A stretch of DNA of 63,603 nucleotides, counting the filler, from Babesia bigemina (lineage: Eukaryota), in assembly GCF_000981445.1 (NCBI RefSeq). It is 10 parts of 10 records of this genome, joined end to end, with 100 filler letters (N's around TTAATTAATTAA, not from the genome) between each part and the next. Parts side by side here need not be neighbours in the genome. Positions count along the whole stretch, not along the records: positions 27,601 to 34,640 come from NW_012236959.1; positions 34,741 to 41,817 come from NW_012236960.1; positions 41,918 to 49,079 come from NW_012236961.1; 7 more parts are not named here. One strand, written 5' to 3'. Numbering within the stretch: position 1 is the first letter of the stretch; every line of letters begins with the position of its first letter. Positions 31,401 through 42,108 of this stretch are shown here, piece after piece. The notes under the pieces were generated by a model, which worked only from the letters and a program-made list of their open reading frames with translations, made no database searches and had not been told where the DNA came from. A program made the position numbers and the translations under genes.

Positions 31401-33871
31401 TGTTCTACAATTTGGAACGTCAATCCGATTTCACCTCCGACTTCGAGAAATTAAGGCCGTCCACCACCGCGCTCCATACTCTGCTCGAGAAGCTCGTTGG
31501 CTCCAAGCACTTTGACTACAAATTCAAGGAGAACTTGGAGAAGCTGAACGACCTGCTCAACCGCTTAATTCCGCATACATTCGGCGAGGGACAGGCTCCT
31601 TCAATTCTGGAGGCGCTGAGAAGAGGTCTCCCCGAAATGGTCAAGGAGCTAGACAAGGCGTACGTCTCGAGGTACTCGGGGCAGAGGATAACGTGGACCG
31701 AAACGAAGGAGGATCAAACTGAAGTGCCATCAGATAGAGCGATGATGTGCGCTAAAGCGTTGCTTAGTACAATTCCGACGCTCTTTGAATTGATGGAAAT
31801 GAACGAAATGTGTATGTCAGAGACATGGTCTAAGAACGCCCTTTTCAAAACCACCAATAATAATCCTGTTGCAGCGTTACTGAAAAGACAGGGTTACGAG
31901 ATTCCGTCATCCGATAATGAGGAGAACGGCGAGTTGAGATGCGGTCTGACATCTAAGGGAATTTGTACACTACTAGTCAAAGAGAATAAGCTGTGCAATT
32001 ACATGGGCAAGAAAGAGGGCAGGATCTACGAACTGTGCGAGTATCTTAATCTCTACCACGAAGTCTGCCACCTCTCCAAATTCACAGCGAAAAGGCATCC
32101 ATGTTCCGCTTATGAAATGCTTTGCTGGCTCAGTGGTTTGCCGCATAATCCCATGTACGCGCCATTACGTTTTGACGCTCTACCGCCGTTGATGCAGTCT
32201 GATAAACCAACTAAGGACAAGGATGACGACATCGACATCGATTTCGTTGACCACAAATCGCTTTACCTGGCTGCCTACCCACATGACGTCAGATACAACG
32301 CTTTGTGTGACGCCATAGATCACGTTTGTACTAAAGCCTACGACGTACTTTGCACTGTCCTCGGAACGGGAGACGCACATACCAAATATGCCTGCTACTA
32401 CTCCAACAATTCGCTGGGTTTGACGTATCCTGCCAACGCCGAAGAATGTCTCCAGATGTTCGTCGACGTACTTAGCAGCTTGCTCGCTGTTTTCAGATAC
32501 ATAGAGAAGCGATGTAGTCTGTCCACTCAACATAACGGCTGGTCAAATTGCCTTTACGGCAGAGATATAATGTCGTCTAAATTCCAATGTAAGAACCACT
32601 TAAACAACACAACTGAGTGCCAACCAACTGACAAACCAACGACTCAAGCAAAGTGCCAACCAAATGGTGAACCAAAATGCCAACCTACGTCTCCACTTCA
32701 GTCCTACCTAAACGATTGTCTTACCGGGCACCTACCACACCACGTTACTTCTATCGGCTGCAAAGCCAAATGTACGACTTGTCCCTCTAATAAGCCCGGA
32801 CAGCCGTGTCTGACTCCACTTGGATTTAGAGGATTCTCGGGATCCCCCAAAACGGGTAAGGAGCTTTGTCGAGCCATTCGTAGATTCCTTGATCATGACA
32901 GTATATCAGCTCTCGTATGCATTCTGCCTAAACCGCCATCGACCTTGCCACAGCACTTTGGATTTGTATTGTCTTTGGTCAGGGGCTGGGCTAATAGCGG
33001 CAAATTGGAAAACAAGCGGCATAACCAAAGTAGTTTCCAATCGACATTTGAATCGTCGGTCGACGACAAATCCATTTACTTGTATCCCCGTTCATCTGAT
33101 CTAACGAGAGCTTTCACTAACGCATATGGTTCCCAGTCTGTAGTGCATGACTCCTGTAGGCACCCTCATCTTGTTAATTTCACAAGCTCTTCCATATGTA
33201 GCAACGCAGATAAGAAAGTAGATTGCGCGCCTTTCCTCGCCTCCCTATTCGATGATGCCTATTATTACATGGCTCTCAAGCAGGTAGATGCTTACCTATC
33301 GTGGGCTGTCTATCTTCCGTGGACATTCTGGAGATACCTCGCAACGTTGTACGATGAGTTTTGCAATATATCCTGTAATGATTGGGGATGCAGCAAATGT
33401 ATGCACGGCGACAAATGTAAGCCAGGACAGCACGGCCTCGTCGATGACAAAACTCAAAAGCCACACTGCCAATGTCCTTCTATAGTTGGCTGTACAGGTG
33501 TGTCATCCACATTGCACAAATTCGGATTCACCTTTGACGATGCGAAGTTTTTGAACAGATTAACCAGTGCGAAAACGTGTACTGATTTCTGCAAACAGCT
33601 TCGTTCTGTACTCCATTCTGAGTATTTTGAGAAGCTGTTTGAAAAATGCGATGAGTTCCTCTGGAAAATCCGTGAACCATTCTCCTACCTTGTCTTGTCT
33701 CTCTGGCTCCTCTCTCTGTTCTACCTCCTCCACATCATGGTCATCCGCCTCGACCTGCTCCACATCAAATCGCATCTACATAGTCCCTCGTCACATCGTA
33801 TCGCCGCTCAATCATTGTTGGCGGCAGCGCGTGTCGGCAAACTTGCCAAGATATCGTATCTACAACCGTAA
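28442..33871 (+). CDS. ves1: ves1-like antigen, copy 5 (hybrid tail); leader ATG out of frame
   Basis: Starts with ves N-terminal-like ESIDWLIQVRYG...LSQALKKLI; first ATG 29018; leader ATG 28408 stops at TGA 28468. Confidence 0.78.
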   Translation: MSPFTSLLTESIDWLIQVRYGNGGSGDGLTKLSQALKKLIEEAIGKAYDSLNKQYPLANASSNVASSGASAPLPAKPTVSANSSLSEKIKNEIERVNNIKKSLETKQTSQNNPLTEEDSKRLSDCQSKLSALQTVHKLAEFAESLNKTSENNNILTHLCDGLETFLGFNPETKGYDGSGTVYSDLDRLCDGVMGFLSGVLGAVKDENEVTTYDNYITPDDNKLQKVLEEVNNNIGSGRTGLAASVGAVKGWLEGYGDKVNEQITKFNEPLEIIKFDINKLEKNFENQKTKSLQDQQKDWTNCVRLYHEQTKLADKARKTLDKELSKKLETPVKVVEEETKMLYGSAKNNDVMKQAMAVDWELLNQKEKLDEAIGREAEKIKETLRKQKESIENEIVMQSQKLKNAFHMQFRKIFHAVSEMKREKSKQFRNIDERVKNAQKLVEEFQMKYKEHITFYFDNIKSKLNEVYGTLCAHKLLLVDLVTQAKASFDKIKNGVCNKEHGGGESSIETHWPQLKTEMRKFVRELILIEKHEEEEDEKLLPNDGSLHVIESGTINYATKFEEKFKAAMKNMVDGMLKGGEAEGKIRGYAIVSGVPGSGDKISAVKKAIINQILKLDDSVDKPGRVPATAEKTLQSIAKYLEEYAAQVGMKMTNIVRFIDLVEKDHAMAKLTPKVTFRSSDTNLHTAFQNILSMVKKAMEDTKDEVTRFIEGSSIGKLNQAITSVEKFRSYMISTLRDIDFALSGVTGAIGELSPILEKTKQKGLIETKIDDIQTHVVEKLNEFQKDKDDKGDGEINKIKNQAEILMEKLKGEIKQKLESIEHAAKNAGGVLNDTTAALDAAYDKAYKAAGEAVDALKSNLTEAVQNSFAESQQKVQDVKKVLLTDVRKAFESVTEQVRTLFADSHKADLKALMDLLDRQKSAIEDIINLDRITGLKGLLNKMKDHFVKRINDHMSPPPAQQVVPAKSPEKTMAQVAEVVDRAFGFLFYNLERQSDFTSDFEKLRPSTTALHTLLEKLVGSKHFDYKFKENLEKLNDLLNRLIPHTFGEGQAPSILEALRRGLPEMVKELDKAYVSRYSGQRITWTETKEDQTEVPSDRAMMCAKALLSTIPTLFELMEMNEMCMSETWSKNALFKTTNNNPVAALLKRQGYEIPSSDNEENGELRCGLTSKGICTLLVKENKLCNYMGKKEGRIYELCEYLNLYHEVCHLSKFTAKRHPCSAYEMLCWLSGLPHNPMYAPLRFDALPPLMQSDKPTKDKDDDIDIDFVDHKSLYLAAYPHDVRYNALCDAIDHVCTKAYDVLCTVLGTGDAHTKYACYYSNNSLGLTYPANAEECLQMFVDVLSSLLAVFRYIEKRCSLSTQHNGWSNCLYGRDIMSSKFQCKNHLNNTTECQPTDKPTTQAKCQPNGEPKCQPTSPLQSYLNDCLTGHLPHHVTSIGCKAKCTTCPSNKPGQPCLTPLGFRGFSGSPKTGKELCRAIRRFLDHDSISALVCILPKPPSTLPQHFGFVLSLVRGWANSGKLENKRHNQSSFQSTFESSVDDKSIYLYPRSSDLTRAFTNAYGSQSVVHDSCRHPHLVNFTSSSICSNADKKVDCAPFLASLFDDAYYYMALKQVDAYLSWAVYLPWTFWRYLATLYDEFCNISCNDWGCSKCMHGDKCKPGQHGLVDDKTQKPHCQCPSIVGCTGVSSTLHKFGFTFDDAKFLNRLTSAKTCTDFCKQLRSVLHSEYFEKLFEKCDEFLWKIREPFSYLVLSLWLLSLFYLLHIMVIRLDLLHIKSHLHSPSSHRIAAQSLLAAARVGKLAKISYLQP

Positions 33872-33988
33872 TTGTATTCACGTTTGTAACTCACAGTAAC
33901 TCACGTAACAATTCACCTACTCACCTAACTTATGAATTGTGCTTTAATCTGTTGTATCACTCATTAATCGTTGTATGTGATTGTGTAG

Positions 33989-34640
33989 ATGTTAATTAAA
34001 GTGTTGACCAAGATGCTGCCCAAAGTGTTGACCAATGTGCTGACCAAGGTGCTGACCAATGTGCTGACCAATGCCACGACCAACGTGCTGACCATAGTGC
34101 TGACCAATGCCATGACCAAAGTGCTGACCAACGTGCTGACCAACGTGCTGACCAAAACGCTGACCAATGTGTTGACCAATGTGTTGACCAAAGTGCTGAC
34201 CAATGCCATGACCAACGTGCTGACCAACGTGCTGACCAAGGTGCTGACCAAAGCGCTGACCAATGCCATGACCAATGTGCTGACCAATCACCTGACGAAA
34301 GTGATGACCAAGCACCTGACCAACACCATGACCAAGGTGCTGACCAAAGTGGTGACTAATGTGCTGACCAAAGTGGTGACTAATGTGCTGACCTAGTGGC
34401 TGACCAAGGTGCTGACCAATGCCATGACCAAAGTGCTGACCAATGTGCTGACCTATGTGCTGACCAAAGTGTTGACCAAGGTGCTGACCAAAGCCATGAC
34501 CAAGGTGCTGACCAATGCCATGACCAAAGTGCTGACCAATGTGCTGACCAATGCCATGACCAATGCCATGACCAAAGTGGTGACCAAGGTGCTGACCAAG
34601 GTGCTGACCAAGGTGCTGACCAAGCACCTGACCAAGTTGA
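33989..34640. repeat. R12 minisatellite
   Basis: 12-nt period to the gap. Confidence 0.97.
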
Positions 34641-34740
34641 NNNNNNNNNNNNNNNNNNNNNNNNNNNNNNNNNNNNNNNNNNNNTTAATTAATTAANNNN
34701 NNNNNNNNNNNNNNNNNNNNNNNNNNNNNNNNNNNNNNNN

Positions 34741-35361
34741 CTACATCGCCCCTTATCCACTCTACATCGCCCCTTTATCCACTCTACATCGCTCCTTAAC
34801 CCACTCTACATCGCTCCCTAACCCACTCCACATCGCCCCTTAACCTCTTCTAATCGCTCCCTTATCCACCCTACATCGCTCCCTAACCCACTCTACATCG
34901 CCCCTTTCACCACCCTACATCGCCCCTTAACCCACTCTACATCGTCCCTTTACCCACTCTTCATCGCTCCCTAACCCACTCTACATCGCTCCCTAACCCA
35001 CTCTACATCGCTCCCTAACCCACTCTACATCGCCTTTTTATCCACTCTACATCTCCCCTTATCCACTCTACATCGCTCCCTAATCCACTCTGCATCGCCC
35101 CTTAACCCACTCTACATCGCTCCCTTACCCACTCCACATCGCCCCTTTATCCACTCTACATCGCTCCCTAACCCACTCTACATCGCTCCCTAACCCACTC
35201 TACATCGCTCCTTTACCCACTCTACATCGCTCCCTAACCCACTCTACATCGCCCCTTTATCCACTCTACATCGCTCCTTTATCCACTCTACATCGCCCCT
35301 TATCCCACTCCACATCGCCCCTTATCCCACTCCACATCGCCCCTTTATCCACCCTACATCC
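34741..35361. repeat. R22 minisatellite upstream of ves copy 6
   Basis: 22-nt units. Confidence 0.97.
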
Positions 35362-35667
35362 CTCGAATTACCTCGCCATAATACCGCTATGACCTCTTTA
35401 AACCATAGCAATAACTTGTGCCTTGTCACCCTTCACTTCCCCTCTTCCACCTCTTGCCACTGCCCTGACCATGTGCCGCCTAGGTAGCTTGACAAGAAAT
35501 TTGATGAAATTTAGAACCTTAAAAACACCTCAAATGATAACCCTACTAACATCCTTACTAACCTTTGTACCGGCCTTGAAACTTTCCTCGGCTTCAACAA
35601 AGAGTCCAAAGGCTACACTGGCCAGGGCATTGTCTTCTCCGACTTGGACAGGCTGTGTGACGGGGTG
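35362..35667 (+). other. Conserved cassette leader: ATG 35389 in frame, TAG at codons 33 (35485) and 42 (35512)
   Basis: MTSLNHSNNLCLVTLHFPSSTSCHCPDHVPPR*LDKKFDEI*NLKNTS...GIVFSD. Confidence 0.85.
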
Positions 35668-38600
35668 ATGGGATTTTTGAGTGGTGTGCTTGAGGCGGTG
35701 AAAGATGAAAATGAAGTGACAACTTATGATAAAAATGATGATAATAACATTAATACAGTTATTAGCAAGGTAAATAAAAATATTGGCACCGGGCGTGAAG
35801 GGCTTGCGGAGTCTGTCGGCGCGGTGAAGGGGTGGTTGGAGGGGTATGGGAAGAAATTAGATGAGAAAATAAATGAAGTAAAAAATCCAATAAATGAAAT
35901 TAAAAACAAAATTGAAGAACATATGAAAGAAATTGAGAATGAAAAAAGCGATCCACTTTTTAGGCAGATTGCGCGGTGGACTCAGCGAGCCGGGGACTAT
36001 CATGCTAGAGTGGTGAGATCATCAAATGCGTTAATAAACGTCGACAGCACGCTAAATGGTAAGTTATCATCGAACATTGAAATGTTGAAACAGGCAACAC
36101 AAACGTTTGAAGAGGCAGCGAAAAATGACGATCTTAACGTTTTGTATGACTTGGCGGGGACGAAGTGGACGGAAGTTACAGAATTTATATCATCACAATT
36201 TCAGCATTATTCCGCTAGCCTGCAGAAACATTTAAAACGTGAAATTGGAGAGTTGCATGACAAACAACGAAATTTTCGAAATTGTCAGTTTTCAGAGTTG
36301 TTCTCTTCCATTAACATTGAGATGTTGAACGCATTCAATACTGTGCAAAGAGGTATTGATGATCTATTGAGCAAGCACAACAGCGTTTTTGTTCCGCAAG
36401 TTGAACAGATTAAACAGAAGGCAAAAGACCTCCAAGAATTAGTAGTAAAGGAGAAAGGGATACTTAAAGCGCAAGTCAGAGATCTAGGTGCACAGATGGA
36501 CGAACTTAGAGGAACTGGCGCAGCAGTTTTAGACATAGTGCCCAATAATGGTGTAGAGGATTTTGAAAAAGGTGACAAGGGTGATTGGGATTTGAAAAAA
36601 TTCATACAAAGTCTTAAAGGAACGATTGTCAAGGAGATGAAGCAGCACGTTGGAAATGAAATTTTACATACTATTCAAGGCTTCACAAGCATCATTAAAG
36701 GTACAGATTCAGACAATTCCGGCCTTGTGGGAATAAAGACAAAAATTGTAGAACAATACGCCAGTGGCTTTAAAACAAATTTTAAGGATGTTGTGAAAGG
36801 GTGGATTGAAGATATACTAGACAATAATATTGTTGTTAGGAAGTACATTCAGCAGCATTTTAAAGAGAATTTGGCTGCAACGTCAACAAACATTATCGAT
36901 CCTGGAACGAATTATATCGAGACCCAACACGCAGGAAATATTGCAGGTGCAATTGTCGAACAGCTAAAACAACTAGGCGTAAAAATGGTAGACGCCAAAG
37001 TTGGAGGTGGAAAGGGCGACGTTCAAAAATGTATTGATGCTGTATTTACGTGCATCAGCGACTTCGTAAATGACCTTAAAAAGCAACTTAACAACGTAAA
37101 AATTGATTACGCAAGTACTGCAGATGAGTTCGTTGACAAGATAGTCACCGCGATCGAGGATAAAATAGTAGTTAATCCGAAAGACGCCAGAATAAAATTT
37201 AACATGAAGCGAGCCGTTCATTCCATTCTATCTGCGCTTCAATCTGCAGCCAGTCAGGCACTGGATGACCTTGAGAACCTAGCCGGATACGAAGAATATG
37301 ATGTAAGCGGTAATATGAAAGTGGGTGACAACGTTGACAAAACACTCAGTGCAGTTGAAGGGCTTTATGTGAGCCTTAAAGAAGCAATGGATGAAGCCAA
37401 TGGCACGTCCCAAAACGAGGATCATGGTCTGGTCAGTAAGGTGAAAACGATGGACAAAAAGGTCAGTGAGCGGGCAGTCAACGACAAACTGAAAGATCTC
37501 ATCCAAGAAGCAACCAAAAAAGGCATCACAGAACTCCAGAAAAAGGTTAATGTAATTGTCAGTGGTTCGCTAGATGGCGTTGTCAATAGTGAATTTACTG
37601 TTTTAAAACCTACACTTACGAAAATTAGAAATACTTTAGCAAAACTGCGAAACGAAGTTGAACGCGCGGATAAGTCTACGGGGTTGCCTAAAGGTGAGTC
37701 TACTCTCAATCAACAAGCAAATGAACTCCACTCCACAATCGAAGCATTTTTGAGAGTCAATGTTGGCCAAGGTGACGACCCTGCTGTAGGCAGCCTCTAC
37801 AAGGATATGCAAAGCTTGCAGAGTAGTATTAAGAATCTTGGCGATCAAGTCAATAAAGTGATGGAGAAAGTCGAAAATGTTCAAAGTGAACTCGCCAGCT
37901 GCATTACAAAAGCCGAACATCTGCTAAGCGAAGCTCCTAAAGATATTGAAAAATGTTTCAAGGGACTGAATATCGCTGTTACAAAGAAAATTGATGCCGT
38001 CTTTGAAGAAATCCAACAAAAATCTAAGGACCTCTACACCGCAAGGAAAACTCAAGAAGTTACAGCTTTGCAGAAAATTGTTGACGACCAGTTCACCGAC
38101 ATTAAGCAAATTATCGACGCTGACAAAGACTTAGGCCTCAAGGGCTATCTATCAAAATTGCATGAACAATTCATGCCACCGCTTAGTTCTTTCACTCAAC
38201 CTGCATCCCGTGCCCATCTACCCGAAAAGAAGCTTTCCGACTTTGCTCCAGTTGTCAAAAATAGCTTTCATGATTTCCTCCAAAACTTGCAATCACAAGG
38301 CGATTTGACAATCCTCCACGTTACTTTTGGAGATATTCTAAAAGCTCTCGAAACATTTCTTACTCCCCTGACCCACTTTAATCACTCCTTCACGACCCAG
38401 TTAGAGAGACTTACAGAAGAGGTCGAGAGGTTCCGTCACTTGCTGCTCGCCAACACCGCCCAGAGAGTGTCCTTGAGTCTCGTCCCAGGGTTGCGCGATT
38501 TCGTGAAGGAGTTGGAAAAGGCGTACGTGAGCGTGTATGATGGACATCCTGATCGTATTGACTTTGATAATTTGGTTAAGAAAACCGGACAAATAGTTGA

Positions 38601-40836
38601 CTTAAGTGGGCCTGCCAGATGGATTACTGTGTCAACCCCGGATGGCACTAAGCTCGCCAAAATACTCCTGACGATTTTCAACTTTATTTACGAAGATCTT
38701 GATAAACTAAACAATAAGTGTGATGGGCCGTGGAGAGAATCGCATATATGTGAAATGGATGGAGACAATGATAATCGTCTCGGCCAATTCATGAAACGCT
38801 GTGGCTATAAGGTCGCAGGAAACAAGGATTCCAAGGAAGGGGAGTTAAACTTCCCATCGAGAAATTTTACAGGCAAAAACATTCATACTAACCTTAATGC
38901 TACGAAATTCGGCGACGGCCATGTTATTGCTCAACACCTTTCAAAATGTGAATCGAACGAAGAGGATGAAGAAGGCGAAAAAGTTAAAAAGCACAATTTC
39001 GATTTCTTTGACCTCCTCAATTGCCTGCTTAGTCATGTCAATGAGTACAACGAAGTATGTTATCTGTCCACTTTACAGGCACGAAGACAACCATGTTCCG
39101 TCTACGAAATGCTCGTATGGCTTTCGGGTCTCCCACATCATCCCGTATATACGGATATGAAAGATTTAACCACGCTTGGAATTATCGACGGTTTGAACAA
39201 GAATAGAGAGGAAGAATTGAGTGTATCGTTCGTCGACAACTCATCCCTTGAAGCCTATCCGGATAAGATCACGTACAACAGCGTACAAGGAGCCGTAACG
39301 GAGGTATGCTCCAAAGCGTATGACACCGTCGTCTGCATTGCTGGTACCGGAGACGCTCAGACAGTTTACGGCTGCGATTACTCCAACAATTCGTTCAACT
39401 TCTATTACCCGCAAGACGGTGAAGGCTGCCTTGACATGCTCCTCGACGTACTTCGTAGGCTCTTCCCTCCGCTTAAATTTCTGCGAAATCAGTGCAAGTA
39501 CCGTTCCAATCATCTCGGTTGGCGAGATTGTCAGTACGGGATGGATGTTCCCACGGGCAAATCGCAGTGTACCGAGCACTCAAGGGACCAAGTAACGGAC
39601 CAACCAAAGTGCCGACCAACGTGCCAGGCAAGCAGCAAAGTAAGCTGCCAACCAAATTCACCACTTATGTCCTATTTGAATGATTGCTTGCCCGGGCATT
39701 TACCGCATCACCTAACTAAAATTGGTTGCAGATACGAATGTGCGACTTGCCCATCCACCTCCAAGAAAGGAATGCCGTGCATGACTCCCCTTGGATTCAG
39801 AGGATTCTCTGGTAGCATAAAAACAGGCAAAGATATATGTGCCATACTCGATTCGTTCTTCAGCATCCGAAAAGTTGAGACGCTGTTCACTCTGCTGCCT
39901 AAGCCGCCGTCCAGTCTGCCAGAGCACTTTGGTTTCGCGTTGTCACTTGTTGGCGGCTGGTATGAATATAGTAACGAGGCCAAGAATGCTGTACAGAAAG
40001 CTTTCGAAGATTCCATTAAGACCGTTTCCATTCAGTTAGTTGACAAACCTAATGAGCTAACCGACGCTATAACTAACGCGTATGGTTCCGGTTATGCTAA
40101 GCATAACAACTGCCTGCATAACCACGTCAAGAATTTAACGACGGGGGATATATGTAAATACGATACCGCAAATGTAGATTGCGCTCCTTACATGTCTTCT
40201 CTGTGCGCTGATTCATATTATTATGTTGCCAAAGCGCATTCGGACACCTACTTGTCCTGGGCAGTTTACTTACCATGGAACTTCTGGACGTTGCTCAGCA
40301 ATTTATACCAAGACTTCTGCAACATTATGTGCCAAGATTGGGGTTGCCGTAATTGCTTGAACAGTAGACAGTGCAAACGCGGACAACATGGTCTTACCGA
40401 GAAAGTTGACAAAAAGCCTGAAATCCCACACTGTAAATGCGATTCTATGGTTAAGTGCAAAGGTGTCGCACCTACATTCTACAGATATGGTTTCTCATTT
40501 GGCAACGTAATCGCATTGAATGCTGGTACGAAAAAGAGGCTGTGTTCGGACTTCTGCACATTGTTAGACAATATATTGAAATCAAAATATTTCGCTGACC
40601 TATTTGACAAGTGCGACGAATTCCTCTTCAAAATCCGCGCCCCCTTCATCTGGCTCAACGTAGCCCTGTGGCTCCTTTCCCTGCTCTACCTCCTCCACAT
40701 CATGGTCATCCGCCTAGACCTGCTCCACATCAAATCGCATTTGCATAGTCCCTCATCACATCGCATAGCAGCTCAATCGCTACTCGCCGCTGCACGTGTT
40801 AACAAGCTTAACAGAGTGTTTTACCTGCAACCATAA
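35668..40836 (+). CDS. ves1: ves1-like antigen, copy 6
   Basis: First ATG 35668 (MGFLSGVL); family motifs; RVNKLNRVFYLQP tail. Confidence 0.8.
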   Translation: MGFLSGVLEAVKDENEVTTYDKNDDNNINTVISKVNKNIGTGREGLAESVGAVKGWLEGYGKKLDEKINEVKNPINEIKNKIEEHMKEIENEKSDPLFRQIARWTQRAGDYHARVVRSSNALINVDSTLNGKLSSNIEMLKQATQTFEEAAKNDDLNVLYDLAGTKWTEVTEFISSQFQHYSASLQKHLKREIGELHDKQRNFRNCQFSELFSSINIEMLNAFNTVQRGIDDLLSKHNSVFVPQVEQIKQKAKDLQELVVKEKGILKAQVRDLGAQMDELRGTGAAVLDIVPNNGVEDFEKGDKGDWDLKKFIQSLKGTIVKEMKQHVGNEILHTIQGFTSIIKGTDSDNSGLVGIKTKIVEQYASGFKTNFKDVVKGWIEDILDNNIVVRKYIQQHFKENLAATSTNIIDPGTNYIETQHAGNIAGAIVEQLKQLGVKMVDAKVGGGKGDVQKCIDAVFTCISDFVNDLKKQLNNVKIDYASTADEFVDKIVTAIEDKIVVNPKDARIKFNMKRAVHSILSALQSAASQALDDLENLAGYEEYDVSGNMKVGDNVDKTLSAVEGLYVSLKEAMDEANGTSQNEDHGLVSKVKTMDKKVSERAVNDKLKDLIQEATKKGITELQKKVNVIVSGSLDGVVNSEFTVLKPTLTKIRNTLAKLRNEVERADKSTGLPKGESTLNQQANELHSTIEAFLRVNVGQGDDPAVGSLYKDMQSLQSSIKNLGDQVNKVMEKVENVQSELASCITKAEHLLSEAPKDIEKCFKGLNIAVTKKIDAVFEEIQQKSKDLYTARKTQEVTALQKIVDDQFTDIKQIIDADKDLGLKGYLSKLHEQFMPPLSSFTQPASRAHLPEKKLSDFAPVVKNSFHDFLQNLQSQGDLTILHVTFGDILKALETFLTPLTHFNHSFTTQLERLTEEVERFRHLLLANTAQRVSLSLVPGLRDFVKELEKAYVSVYDGHPDRIDFDNLVKKTGQIVDLSGPARWITVSTPDGTKLAKILLTIFNFIYEDLDKLNNKCDGPWRESHICEMDGDNDNRLGQFMKRCGYKVAGNKDSKEGELNFPSRNFTGKNIHTNLNATKFGDGHVIAQHLSKCESNEEDEEGEKVKKHNFDFFDLLNCLLSHVNEYNEVCYLSTLQARRQPCSVYEMLVWLSGLPHHPVYTDMKDLTTLGIIDGLNKNREEELSVSFVDNSSLEAYPDKITYNSVQGAVTEVCSKAYDTVVCIAGTGDAQTVYGCDYSNNSFNFYYPQDGEGCLDMLLDVLRRLFPPLKFLRNQCKYRSNHLGWRDCQYGMDVPTGKSQCTEHSRDQVTDQPKCRPTCQASSKVSCQPNSPLMSYLNDCLPGHLPHHLTKIGCRYECATCPSTSKKGMPCMTPLGFRGFSGSIKTGKDICAILDSFFSIRKVETLFTLLPKPPSSLPEHFGFALSLVGGWYEYSNEAKNAVQKAFEDSIKTVSIQLVDKPNELTDAITNAYGSGYAKHNNCLHNHVKNLTTGDICKYDTANVDCAPYMSSLCADSYYYVAKAHSDTYLSWAVYLPWNFWTLLSNLYQDFCNIMCQDWGCRNCLNSRQCKRGQHGLTEKVDKKPEIPHCKCDSMVKCKGVAPTFYRYGFSFGNVIALNAGTKKRLCSDFCTLLDNILKSKYFADLFDKCDEFLFKIRAPFIWLNVALWLLSLLYLLHIMVIRLDLLHIKSHLHSPSSHRIAAQSLLAAARVNKLNRVFYLQP

Positions 40837-40960
40837 TCGTACTCACGTGTTTACTATCTACACTCACCTAGCATATCACCTACTCACCTAACTTATGAAT
40901 TGTTGTTTAATCTGTTGTATCACTCATTAATCGTTGTTTGTGATTGTGTAGTAGTTAACT

Positions 40961-41110
40961 AAAGAGTTGACCAAGATGCTGCCAAAAGTGCTGACCAAAC
41001 AGCTGACCAATGCCATGACCAACGTGCTGCCCAATGTGCTGACCAAAGTGGTGACCTATGTGCTGACCAAAGTGGTGACCTATGTGCTGACCAAAGTGGT
41101 GACCAAGTTG
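40961..41110. repeat. R12 minisatellite
   Basis: 12-nt period. Confidence 0.92.
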
Positions 41111-41112
41111 AT

Positions 41113-41495
41113 GGTGACGGCAGCGATGACATGGTTACGGCAGCGGTGACATGGTTACGGCAGCGATGACATGGTGACGGCAGCGATGACATGTCTACGG
41201 CAGCGATGACATGGTCACGGCAGTTATGACATGGTTAAGGCAGCGATGACATGGTCACGGCAGCGATGACATGGTTAGGCAGCGATGGCATGGTCACGGC
41301 AGCGATGACATGGATCCGGCAGCGATGACATGGTCACGGCAGCGATGACATGGTCACGGCAGCGGTGACATGGTCACGGCAGCGATGACATGGTCACGGC
41401 AGCGATGACATGGTTACGGCAGCGATGACATGGTTACGGCAGCGATGACATGGTTACGGCAGCGATGACATGGACACGGCAGCGATGACATGGTG
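41113..41495. repeat. R20 minisatellite
   Basis: About 19 units. Confidence 0.96.
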
Positions 41496-41510
41496 ACCTA
41501 AGTGGTGATT

Positions 41511-41817
41511 ATTATCCACTCTACATCGCCCCTCTACCCACTCCACATCGCCCCTTAATCCACTCTACATCGCTCCCTAACCCACTCTACATCGCTCCCT
41601 AACCCACTCCACATCGCTCCCTAACCCACTCTACATCGCCCCTTATCCACTCTACATCGCTCCTTTATCCACTCTACATCGCTCCTTTATCCACTCCACA
41701 TCGCCCCTTTATCCACTCCACATCGCCCCTTTATCCACTCTACATCGCTCCCTAATCCACTCTACATCGCCCCTTAACCCACTCTACATCGCTCCTTAAC
41801 CCACTCCACATCGCTCC
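41511..41817. repeat. R22 minisatellite
   Basis: 22-nt units after the junction motif. Confidence 0.96.
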
Positions 41818-41917
41818 NNNNNNNNNNNNNNNNNNNNNNNNNNNNNNNNNNNNNNNNNNNNTTAATTAATTAANNNNNNNNNNNNNNNNNNNNNNNNNNN
41901 NNNNNNNNNNNNNNNNN

Positions 41918-42104
41918 TAACCATGTCTTCGCTGCCGTGATTATGTCTTCGCTGCCGTGACCATGTCATCGCTGCCGTGTCCATGTCATCGCTGCCGTGT
42001 CCATGTCATCGCTGCCGTGATTATGTCTTCGCTGCCGTGACCATGTCATCGCTGCCGTGTCCATGTCATCGCTGCTGTGACCATGTCATCGCTGCCGTAA
42101 CCAT
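41918..42104. repeat. R20 minisatellite (minus orientation)
   Basis: 20-nt units. Confidence 0.95.
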
Positions 42105-42108
42105 CAAC

